Shown here in pieces: positions 21,586-29,976 of a DNA stretch of 64,000 nt; the stretch's first letter is position 1, and each line of letters begins with the position of its first letter. The notes below the pieces were generated by a model. That model ran no database searches. It worked only from the letters and a program-made list of their open reading frames with translations, and was not told where the DNA came from. This DNA is from an uncultured bacterium (lineage in GTDB: Bacteria > Krumholzibacteriota > Krumholzibacteriia > LZORAL124-64-63). The stretch is taken from positions 1,152,001-1,216,000 of the forward strand of contig CAVSGO010000007.1 of the NCBI GenBank assembly GCA_963727525.1. Reading direction: 5' to 3'. Position numbers and translations under genes: made by a program.

Positions 21586-22058
21586 TGCTGTACCAAGCCA
21601 TCGGCCTGGGTCTCGTGGTCAGCCTCGTATTCTCCGAGATCCTCGGCCTCGCCGCCGGCGGCCTCGTGGTGCCGGGCTACATCGCGCTCTACCTCGACCA
21701 GCCGCTGCGCATCGCCGCGACGGTGCTCGCCGCCCTCGTGACCTTCGCATCGGTGAACCTGCTCGGACGCGTGATCCTTCTCTACGGCCGGCGCACGATG
21801 GTGTTCTGCGTGCTGGCGGGGTTCCTCTTCGGCTACCTCACGCGGTACCTGCTGGTCTTCAACGAAACGTTTGCTCTGGGCGTGGACACCGCGGTACTGC
21901 GCTCGATCGGCTACATCATCCCCGGCCTCATGGCCTACTGGATGATGCGGCAGGGTATCATCGAGACCCTGTGCACTCTCGCCATCGCGGCCTTCATCGT
22001 CCGCGTCGCTCTGGTCGTCGTCCATGGAGGCAGGCTCATTGAGCTGGCGCTTGGATAG
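21585..22058 (+). CDS. pgsC: poly-gamma-glutamate biosynthesis membrane protein
   Basis: Start overlaps the pgsB stop (TGATG). GLVVSLVFSE..GLAAGGLVVPGYIAL, LYGRR and IGYIIPGL..W..RQG match CapC/PgsC. Confidence 0.94.
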   Translation: MLYQAIGLGLVVSLVFSEILGLAAGGLVVPGYIALYLDQPLRIAATVLAALVTFASVNLLGRVILLYGRRTMVFCVLAGFLFGYLTRYLLVFNETFALGVDTAVLRSIGYIIPGLMAYWMMRQGIIETLCTLAIAAFIVRVALVVVHGGRLIELALG

Positions 22059-24045
22059 CCGTCGCAAGTGGGTTCTCGCGGGACTCGCCGCCCTCGCCAT
22101 CGCGCTGCAGGTGCTGCTGGACGTCACGCGCGCGCCGATGCGGCAGAGCAACTACGACCTCAAGCTTGCCGCCACCGAACGCGCGGCCGAGGCGTTCGGT
22201 GTCCTGCGCGACTACCGGCTGCACAAGGGTGCCGTGCTCGACATGCTGAACGATCCGGCCGGCACCGGACTGGTGGGACCCGAGTTCAGCCGCATCACCA
22301 ACGCCCGCGGCGACCACGCGTCCAAGTTGACGAGCCTGAATCCGAACTGGGCCGCCGTGATCGTCGATTTCTGCCGTGAAGCCGGACTCAAACGTGGCGA
22401 CCCCGTCGCGGTGGCCGTCTCGGGATCGTTCCCCGGACTGAACATCGCCGTGCTCTCCGCCCTCGAGACGCTGCGGCTACGGCCGGTGCTGCTCACATCC
22501 GTGGGTGCGTCCATGTGGGGTGCCAACGATCCCGATTTCACCTGGCTCGACATGGAGTCCATCCTGCACGAGGCCGGCATCTTCACCACCCGGACCGTGA
22601 TGGCCACCTACGGCGGCGGCAGCGACATGGGACGCGGCCTGAGTCCCGAGGGGCGGCGCCTGATCCGCGAGGCGGCGAAGCGCAACCACGTGGAGTTCCT
22701 CGAGCCGCGCAACATCGAGTACTCGATCGCCAAGCGCATGGCCGTGTACGAGGAGGAGGCGCGCGGTCGTCCTTACAAGCTCTACATCAACGTGGGCGGC
22801 GGCGTGGCCAGCCTGGGCAGCAGTCACAACGGAGTACTCGTACCCCACGGACTGACGCTCGATCTCGGCATGCACAACTTCCCGCGCAAGGGCACCATGA
22901 TCCTCTTCGGGGAGAAGGGTATTCCCGTGGTCCACATGCTCCAGATCAAGAGCCTGGCGAGGAAATTCGGCCTGCCGATCGCGCCGGATTACATGCCGGC
23001 GCCCGGCGAGGGCGAGATCTTCGTGCGCGATGCCTACCGCCTGCCGCTGGCTGCCGCGGTGCTGGCCGCCTACACGCTGCTGTGCGTGTTGATTCTCGCG
23101 CCCGAGGTCCGGCGCGGCATCTTCGACCGGCTTTCGCGGCCGCGCGGGGCGGCTTCGGCGGGATTGGTCTTCGTCATGCTGCTCGGAGCCTCGGCGGCCA
23201 CCGCGGCCACGAGCGGCTGGGTCCGGATCAAGACGTTGCACGCCCCGGACAAGACCTGCATCAATGTCGGCGGGCGCGAATACAGCTACGCCGTGTTCCG
23301 CCCCGAAAATGCGGCCACGTTTACCGTCACCGGCCCGCGGCAGCTCCGCGTCAGCAGCCGCTATCTCTTCAGCGAGGACGACCCGGCCAAGGTCCCCTAC
23401 ACCATGGTCGTCACGGTGGACGGGCAGGAACGCCTGCGCAAGACCCACACCGGGCGGCCGCACGGAGAGGTGCGCCTGTGCCGGCAGGCAGGCCGCGTGG
23501 GTACGCTGCGCAAGGCCACCCTCGATATCGGCCCAGGCAAGCACACCGTGCGGGTCACGGCGCTCACGTCCGGCAAGGGGCACGTGGCCGGCCGCGTATA
23601 CCGGCAGGTCAAGAACCGGCGCGTGCGCACGGTCCTCTACGCACCCGACGGCTACGACGACGTGCGCGAGCTGCAATTCGCCAGCGGCAGCCATTCCACG
23701 TATTACCATCTCACCGCCGATGCGCCCGTGCGATTCACGGTGGGAGGCCCGACCGACCTGCAGCTCTACGCACGCCTCGATTTCGACCACACGATGAACG
23801 GCAGCCAGACGTACGCCCTCGCGGTGCGCTGCGACGGGGAAGAGTGGAAGACCTTCGTCTTCGACAGTCGCAAGCTCGACACCGCGGTGTACGTGACGCA
23901 GCCGGACGTGCTGCCCGGCAGCCGCAACGACTTCAGGATCGCGGTGGCCCGTGGCCGCCATGTTTACGAGATCCGCTGCCTGCGGCCCGAACGGTGCGGG
24001 GTGGCGGTGCAGATCCGCATCCCGCGCACGGATCTGCAACACTAG
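22024..24045 (+). CDS. pgsW: poly-gamma-glutamate system protein PgsW with a ~300 aa C-terminal extension
   Basis: NDP..TGLVG.EFS.IT...G...SKLTS.NPNWAA, SGSFPGLNIA, SVGASMWGANDP, TYGGGSD.G and YINVGG motifs; follows pgsBC. Start may be TTG 22039. Confidence 0.85.
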   Translation: MEAGSLSWRLDSRRKWVLAGLAALAIALQVLLDVTRAPMRQSNYDLKLAATERAAEAFGVLRDYRLHKGAVLDMLNDPAGTGLVGPEFSRITNARGDHASKLTSLNPNWAAVIVDFCREAGLKRGDPVAVAVSGSFPGLNIAVLSALETLRLRPVLLTSVGASMWGANDPDFTWLDMESILHEAGIFTTRTVMATYGGGSDMGRGLSPEGRRLIREAAKRNHVEFLEPRNIEYSIAKRMAVYEEEARGRPYKLYINVGGGVASLGSSHNGVLVPHGLTLDLGMHNFPRKGTMILFGEKGIPVVHMLQIKSLARKFGLPIAPDYMPAPGEGEIFVRDAYRLPLAAAVLAAYTLLCVLILAPEVRRGIFDRLSRPRGAASAGLVFVMLLGASAATAATSGWVRIKTLHAPDKTCINVGGREYSYAVFRPENAATFTVTGPRQLRVSSRYLFSEDDPAKVPYTMVVTVDGQERLRKTHTGRPHGEVRLCRQAGRVGTLRKATLDIGPGKHTVRVTALTSGKGHVAGRVYRQVKNRRVRTVLYAPDGYDDVRELQFASGSHSTYYHLTADAPVRFTVGGPTDLQLYARLDFDHTMNGSQTYALAVRCDGEEWKTFVFDSRKLDTAVYVTQPDVLPGSRNDFRIAVARGRHVYEIRCLRPERCGVAVQIRIPRTDLQH

Positions 24046-24057
24046 GGTGGATGGCGC

Positions 24058-25575
24058 ATGAGACGGAAACGTACCAATCGCATCGTCGTAATGGGCCTCG
24101 TTGCAGCACTCCTGCCGGCCGCGATGGCCGCGGCCTACGTACCCGATCCGCTCGGCCTCACCTACGAGGTCGGCATCGGCGGGCGTCCGTACCTGCGCGT
24201 GGGCGCGGTGCCCGTGATGCTGGCGCTGCGGGGCCCGGGCACGTTCTACGGCTACGCCCGCACCACCTTCCTCCCCGGCGAGGCGGGCAAGAAGCAGGGC
24301 CGCCTCCAGGTGAGCGGTTTGCCGGGCGATCCGATCACGCTCCCGCTCACCTTCGAGCCGTCGACCGAGAGCGACTTCGACGACGGTCGCCCCGGCCAGG
24401 CGAGCGCCGGCGCGCGCTTCGAGGTGAAGGTGCCCGACGGCGCCTGGACGCTCGTGCTGCGCGGCGACGTGGACGCGCCCACCGACGGCGCCGACGAGAT
24501 CTTCGTGACGTTGTACTATGACGGCCCGCGCCAGACCTCGCGCAAGGGTACGGCCAGCGCCAAGTCGTCACCCTGGTCCTGGCACAACCGCGCCGGTCTC
24601 GAACTGATCTACGATGACAACATCCTCACGCAGAGTCCCGACGCGTTCATCATCTTCGAGAACAATTCCGATCCGGCGGCCTTCCGCATCCACAGTACGG
24701 ACGACCTGCTCGTGGTGCCGAGCGTCGATCTCGAGGTGCGGCGCAATCTCTTCGACTTCGGACAGACCCGCGTTCGCTTCCGGGTGAAGTACTGGCATTA
24801 CACTTACAACCCCATCAAGACGAACACGGATTTCGACTTCTACCTGCGCCAGTACTGGGGCCGAAAGACGTCGTTCGAACTCTACGTGAATCACGCGCCC
24901 GAGCAATACATCCGGCAGCTCAACGACTTCGCGCCGTTCCAGGATCCGGAAACGCCGACCGAATCCAAGGAATTCCGATTCACGCGCAACGTCGTGAATC
25001 TCACCTGGCGCCAGAGCGTCAGCCGGCGCGTCGCCACCAAGCTCTCGCTGGAGACCAACCGCCGCTATTACAACAAGCCGTTCATCGAGAACGACATCGA
25101 GGCCTGGGAACTGCGCGGCAATGTGCGCTTCCGCGCGACCCGCTGGCTCGATATCGACGTCGACTACGGCTGGGAAGACGCGGCCGGCCGCGGCTACGAC
25201 ACCGTGGGTGAGACCCCGGAAACCAGCGACGACGGCGATCCCAGCTACGAGCGCGACCTCTATCGCCTCGGCTTCGGCATCGACACCCCGTTCCTCGATC
25301 CGGTCGTCGACGGCCTCGACGTCGCCGGCCTCTTCATGGACTATTACTACACCACGAAGAAGCCCATCTTCGATGCCCCGTTCCAGAGGGGCCGGCGAGA
25401 CAAGTGGGGCAAGGTCTTCGTGACGCTGCACAAGCGACTGAACCGGCGGATCAGCCTCGACGTGGGCTTCACCTATTCCGAACGCGCCGTGGAGTCGCCG
25501 TGGTACGGCGACATCACCCTCGACAAGAACTACATCCAGCACCGTTACTCGGTCGGTGCCGACTACCGATTCTGA
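24058..25575 (+). CDS. putative outer-membrane beta-barrel protein with an N-terminal soluble domain
   Basis: Signal peptide; C-terminal ~330 aa of aromatic-rich amphipathic strands; ends in a BAM-type signal (SVGADYRF). Confidence 0.7.
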   Translation: MRRKRTNRIVVMGLVAALLPAAMAAAYVPDPLGLTYEVGIGGRPYLRVGAVPVMLALRGPGTFYGYARTTFLPGEAGKKQGRLQVSGLPGDPITLPLTFEPSTESDFDDGRPGQASAGARFEVKVPDGAWTLVLRGDVDAPTDGADEIFVTLYYDGPRQTSRKGTASAKSSPWSWHNRAGLELIYDDNILTQSPDAFIIFENNSDPAAFRIHSTDDLLVVPSVDLEVRRNLFDFGQTRVRFRVKYWHYTYNPIKTNTDFDFYLRQYWGRKTSFELYVNHAPEQYIRQLNDFAPFQDPETPTESKEFRFTRNVVNLTWRQSVSRRVATKLSLETNRRYYNKPFIENDIEAWELRGNVRFRATRWLDIDVDYGWEDAAGRGYDTVGETPETSDDGDPSYERDLYRLGFGIDTPFLDPVVDGLDVAGLFMDYYYTTKKPIFDAPFQRGRRDKWGKVFVTLHKRLNRRISLDVGFTYSERAVESPWYGDITLDKNYIQHRYSVGADYRF

Positions 25576-25587
25576 CAAGGAGCTGAC

Positions 25588-27975
25588 ATGTTGGCGACCT
25601 CGCGCACCCGCATTCTCGTGACCCTGGCGACCGCCGCCGTATTGCTCGCGGCCTGTGGCAAGCAGGACCTCTACGAACCGCCCGGCGCGCCCTACGAGGT
25701 GACGGGGCGCCTCCCGTTGCCGAGCGCCAGCCAGGCCGTGGCCGTCCTCGGGACCCATGCCTTCGTGGCGGGCGGTGAGGCGGGCCTGTATGGCGTCGAC
25801 TTCGGCAACCATGCCGCGCCGCAGCTCCTGTCGATGACCAATACCACCAAGTCGGCCGACGGCGTGAACGTGGTGCGCATCTACTCCGGCGGCCGGGTGC
25901 GCGACATCGCCCACGTGGTCGAGGGCACCGAGGGCATCACGTCGTATGATGTGACCGATCCTGCCAGCGTTTTCGACTTCCACACCGGCACCACGGCGGT
26001 CGTGGGCCAGAGCGCGTACGTCGCACAGACCGCCGACCCCGCCGCCGCCTACACCGTGTTCCTGGCCGAGGACTGGAAAGGCGTGCGCATCTTCGACTCC
26101 ATCCCGGCCGACCCCGGCATCCTGGCCTACAACGGCGTCTTCGTCGGCACCCTCGGCAAGGCCTATTCTATCGAGGTGCGCGACGGCTGGGGCTACGTGG
26201 CCGACGACGAGATGGGCCTGGTCGTGCTCGACCTGCGCGTGCTCGACCTCGATTCCGTGTCCATCGCGTCCTGGGCCGACACGCCGGGCAACGCGCGCGC
26301 CGTCGCGCTGTGGGGCGACTACGCCTTCGTCGCCGATGGGGTCGCGGGTCTTGCCGTGTTCCGCATCCACGAGGGCGACACGCCCGTGAAGGTGGCTCAA
26401 CTCGACCTCTCCGGCTTCAGCGAGGCCATCGCCCTGCGCGACGGCCTGATGGCGCTGTCGGCGAACAGTGCCGGCACCCATTTCGTGGACGTCCGCAATC
26501 CCGCGGCGCCCGTCTACCTGGGCACCATCCCGTCCGGATACGCCACCGGCGTGGCCTTCGCCGAGGACGGCACCTGCGTCATCTGCGACGAGGACGACGG
26601 CCTGCTCATCTGTACGGGCCACGGCCCGTTCCGGGATCTTACGGCGCCATCGCCCGTGACGACGCTCGCGGCCGCCCCGGCCGGCGCCTCCAGCATCCGT
26701 CTGTCGTGGGTCATGACGGGCGACGACCGCATGGTCGGCACCGCCAGCAACCTCGAGGTGCGGCGCAGCGACGCTCCCATCGTCGATGACACCACGTGGG
26801 AGGCCGCCACGCCGGTGGCCGGCGCGCCGGCGCCCGAGGCGCCGGGCACAGCGATGTCGCTCGTCGCCGATGGCCTCACCCCCGGCGTCACCTACCACTT
26901 CGCATTGCGCGTCACCGACGACGCGGGAAACGTCTCCGACCTCTCCAACGACGCCAGCACGGCGACGGCCGAGGGTATCATCCTGGTGAATCCCCAGGTG
27001 GACGTCGGCGGCGGCACGACGAGCGACACCTATACCTTCAGCGTGGAAGCCCTCTTCGAGGGCACGCTCACAGCCTCCGAGGTCGTGATCGACGGCACGC
27101 CGCACGCGATGACACTGGCGGACGGCTTCTACTCCTACGCCACCACGCTGGCTCCGGGTGTCCACTCGTATCACTTCCACTTCGCCGGCGACGGCGTGGG
27201 CGACGCGACCACCGAGGAGTTCGAAGGCCCGTATGTCGGCGAGATCGCGGTGACGCTCGGCAGCCCGGCCAGCGAGTCGGGACGCCGTGCTGACGAGGCT
27301 CGACACGTCGCGGTGTTCTCGCACGACGTGCAAGGTGGCACCTCCGAGGTGACTCAGGCCGAGTGGGATGCCGTCATGCCGGCCGGTTCCAACCCGTCGG
27401 AGTTCCCGGGCGCCGATCGCCCGGTCGACAGCGTCACCTGGTTCGACGCGATCATGTACTGCAACGCCCGGAGCACCGCTGACGGCACCACGCCGTGCTA
27501 CACGATCGACGCCGACAACCAGGTCACGTGGAATCGCGATGCCGATGGCTGGCGGTTGCCCACCGAGGCCGAATGGGAATACCTCTGCCGCGCCGGCACC
27601 ACCACTGCGTTTTATACGGGAGCGCTCACCGAGTTGTATTGCCGCCTCGATCCCGTGCTGGACGCGATCGGCTGGTACTGCGGCAATGCCGGCACCGGCA
27701 CGAGCACCGTCGCGCAGAAGCAGGCGAACGCCTGGGGCCTTTACGACACGTCCGGCAACGTGCGCGAGTGGTGCTGGGACTGGTACGGCGAGGCGCTGCC
27801 CGACGCGGCCCTCGACCCGGCCGGACCCGACACGGGCACGCAGCGCGTGTGCCGCGGCGGGAGCTGGTACTACAGCAGCCAGGATTGCCGCAGTGCGGCG
27901 CGCGGAACGTACTATCCCACGAGCCGCGACAACACCGTCGGCATGCGCGCGGTGCGCACCGTGTTCGAGAACTGA
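25588..27975 (+). CDS. lipoprotein with LVIVD repeats, FN3-like domain and FGE-sulfatase (SUMF1-fold) domain
   Basis: Lipobox LAAC; LVIVD-type repeats (YVADDEMGLVVLD, YAFVADGVAGLAVF, FVDVRNPAAP); GLTPGVTYHFALR; FGE-fold motifs EVTQ, RLPTEAEWEY, NAWGLYDTSGNVREW, RGGSW. Confidence 0.85.
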   Translation: MLATSRTRILVTLATAAVLLAACGKQDLYEPPGAPYEVTGRLPLPSASQAVAVLGTHAFVAGGEAGLYGVDFGNHAAPQLLSMTNTTKSADGVNVVRIYSGGRVRDIAHVVEGTEGITSYDVTDPASVFDFHTGTTAVVGQSAYVAQTADPAAAYTVFLAEDWKGVRIFDSIPADPGILAYNGVFVGTLGKAYSIEVRDGWGYVADDEMGLVVLDLRVLDLDSVSIASWADTPGNARAVALWGDYAFVADGVAGLAVFRIHEGDTPVKVAQLDLSGFSEAIALRDGLMALSANSAGTHFVDVRNPAAPVYLGTIPSGYATGVAFAEDGTCVICDEDDGLLICTGHGPFRDLTAPSPVTTLAAAPAGASSIRLSWVMTGDDRMVGTASNLEVRRSDAPIVDDTTWEAATPVAGAPAPEAPGTAMSLVADGLTPGVTYHFALRVTDDAGNVSDLSNDASTATAEGIILVNPQVDVGGGTTSDTYTFSVEALFEGTLTASEVVIDGTPHAMTLADGFYSYATTLAPGVHSYHFHFAGDGVGDATTEEFEGPYVGEIAVTLGSPASESGRRADEARHVAVFSHDVQGGTSEVTQAEWDAVMPAGSNPSEFPGADRPVDSVTWFDAIMYCNARSTADGTTPCYTIDADNQVTWNRDADGWRLPTEAEWEYLCRAGTTTAFYTGALTELYCRLDPVLDAIGWYCGNAGTGTSTVAQKQANAWGLYDTSGNVREWCWDWYGEALPDAALDPAGPDTGTQRVCRGGSWYYSSQDCRSAARGTYYPTSRDNTVGMRAVRTVFEN

Positions 27976-27986
27976 GGAACGGAGCC

Positions 27987-29201
27987 ATGGCCACCAAGAA
28001 GAGAAGCACAGCCGTCCGGGCGCGCATCGCCGCCGAGACCGCGGTCGTGGACGCCCCCGAGCTGCCACCCGGCGCCGAGATGGCCAAGATCCCGGGCAAG
28101 AAGCTGCGCTTCACGTTCATCGACGAGTTCCGCGGACTCATCGGCATCATGATGGCCCTCGGGCATGCGCAGGAGTACATGAACTCGGCCTGGCTGAGCT
28201 TCGACTACGTCGATCCGCTGTACCCGAACCTGCCGCAGTTCCTGATCCGCTACATGGGGTACCTGTGCGCGCCCGGGTTCCTCGTGATGAACGGCGCCAT
28301 GGTCTACTGGGCGTTCCGTGTGCGCGTGAAGAGGGGCGAATCGGTGGGCCGGGCGCGCTGGGATTTCATCCAGCGCGGTCTCTTTCTCATGGCGGTCCAG
28401 TGGATCTGGGTGAACGCGGCCTGGGGCGGATTCACCCGCCTGCGCCTGGATCACCTGGGGATCATCGCCACGATCGGCTTCTCGATGATCATCCTGGTGT
28501 GGATGGTGCACTGGGACTGGCGCTACCGCCTGCTCGTGACCATCGCGGGTTTCCTGATCCACCCGCTATTGCTTCGTATCCCTTACGACCAGAGTTCCTG
28601 GCTGCACTATCCGATGCAGTTCTTCGTGGACAGCGGAGAGTTCAATCTCTACCCGGTGATTCCCTGGTTCTCGCTGGCCTGTCTGGGCTCGGTCATGGCC
28701 CACTTCTGGTTCTCGGTCTGGGTCGACCGGCGCAAGCCCGATGAGCGCGCCATCAAATCGATGCTCATCGGTGTGCTCATGGTGGTGTTTGCGGTGGGCC
28801 TGCGCGACTGGGGCAACTCCTACTTCAACATCTTCCCCCACAACGGCTTCTTCACCTACAGCTTCTTCATGGTACAGAAGTATCCGCCGAGCCTGACGCA
28901 CCAGATCTGGTTCGGCGGCGCGGTGATCTTCATGGTGGGTCTCTTCGCCTGGATCGACAATCGCCTGCCGGTGCTGCGCCCTCTGGCCATCGTCGGCCGC
29001 GTGCCGCTCTTCTACTACTGCCTGCACATCCCGATCCTGGCCTTCGTCTTCCGGCGCCTGGCGTGGCTGCCGTACCGCAGCGGCGAGGTGGCCGAGAGCC
29101 TGTACACGTGGTTCGGTCTGCTGGCGGTGATGCTGCCGTTGGCATGGTGGTTCGGCGGTGTGAAGCGCAAGCACCGCAACTGGTTCGTCCGTATGATCTA
29201 G
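27987..29201 (+). CDS. DUF1624 / heparan-alpha-glucosaminide N-acetyltransferase-like polytopic membrane protein
   Basis: RFTFIDEFRGLIGIMMALGH motif, CAPGF, YPVIPW, KYPPSL, GRVPLFYY..H; many TM helices. Confidence 0.8.
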   Translation: MATKKRSTAVRARIAAETAVVDAPELPPGAEMAKIPGKKLRFTFIDEFRGLIGIMMALGHAQEYMNSAWLSFDYVDPLYPNLPQFLIRYMGYLCAPGFLVMNGAMVYWAFRVRVKRGESVGRARWDFIQRGLFLMAVQWIWVNAAWGGFTRLRLDHLGIIATIGFSMIILVWMVHWDWRYRLLVTIAGFLIHPLLLRIPYDQSSWLHYPMQFFVDSGEFNLYPVIPWFSLACLGSVMAHFWFSVWVDRRKPDERAIKSMLIGVLMVVFAVGLRDWGNSYFNIFPHNGFFTYSFFMVQKYPPSLTHQIWFGGAVIFMVGLFAWIDNRLPVLRPLAIVGRVPLFYYCLHIPILAFVFRRLAWLPYRSGEVAESLYTWFGLLAVMLPLAWWFGGVKRKHRNWFVRMI

Positions 29202-29214
29202 CGGGGAGGTCGGG

Positions 29215-29976
29215 ATGAAGACACGCAATCTCTTGCCGTTCTTGTTCATGATCGCTGGTGGTCTGGCCATGCTGGGCGCGGCCGGCGGCGACCTGATCAA
29301 GGATGGCGGCTTCGAGCACCTCAAGAAGAGTTCCGCCTTGCGGCGGGACGACAAGGGTCAGGACTGGTACGAGAGTCGCAAGGATGGCAAGGAGGGGCCG
29401 AAGCTGCTCATCCTCTCGAGCAAGGCCATCGCCGGCAACGCCACGCGCAAGGCCATGATCAAGGCCCACCCCGATCTCAACACGTATCTCACGCAGAAGC
29501 TCGCCACGCCGCAGACGGGCCGCTTCGCGCTGAGCTACGACGTGTGCGTCAAGGAGATCCTGCCTGACGACAACCACTCGGCATTCTGCTTCGTGGGCGC
29601 GAGCTACGATCGCAAGGGCGGGCCCTGTTCCACGGCCAAGGAGCGTTTCCTCTTCCTTGGATTCGAGAACTCCGCCACCGCGCCCGGCAAGCTCGCTCTT
29701 TTCTCCCGCGAGGGCGACAAGGACTGGCCGTCGCGCACGGTCCTGGCGCCCGAGCTCACGACCATGGCATGGCACCACATCGAGGCCCAGGTGGACGTGA
29801 AAGCGAGCAAGTACCGCGTGCGGGTCGACGGAGGCCCCTGGAGCAAGGACCTCAAGGCGTTCAAGGCCACGGGCGGGACGCCGCCGAAGCGCCTGACGCA
29901 CGTGTGCTTCGCCTCGTGGAACGACGGCGCCGGCACCTTCTATATCGACAACGTCTCCGTGGTCCCGACGCCCTAG
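29215..29976 (+). CDS. secreted Lys-rich beta-sandwich hypothetical protein
   Basis: GGAGG upstream; signal peptide; LIKDGGFE start and FYIDNVSV end resemble CBM/ConA-like folds. Confidence 0.7.
   Translation: MKTRNLLPFLFMIAGGLAMLGAAGGDLIKDGGFEHLKKSSALRRDDKGQDWYESRKDGKEGPKLLILSSKAIAGNATRKAMIKAHPDLNTYLTQKLATPQTGRFALSYDVCVKEILPDDNHSAFCFVGASYDRKGGPCSTAKERFLFLGFENSATAPGKLALFSREGDKDWPSRTVLAPELTTMAWHHIEAQVDVKASKYRVRVDGGPWSKDLKAFKATGGTPPKRLTHVCFASWNDGAGTFYIDNVSVVPTP

Noticed and set aside
27850-27975. C-terminus of the FGE-fold domain as a possible diversity-generating retroelement variable region
   Set aside because: No template repeat or reverse transcriptase was seen in the window. A remote DGR cannot be excluded without a genome-wide search.
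27240-27975. True formylglycine-generating enzyme
   Set aside because: It lacks the catalytic CxxxxC motif after RGGS, and no sulfatase gene is nearby.
8869-29976. C25/pgs locus as a mobile genomic island
   Set aside because: No integrase, transposase, tRNA target or flanking direct repeats were seen, and codon style resembles the flanking genes.
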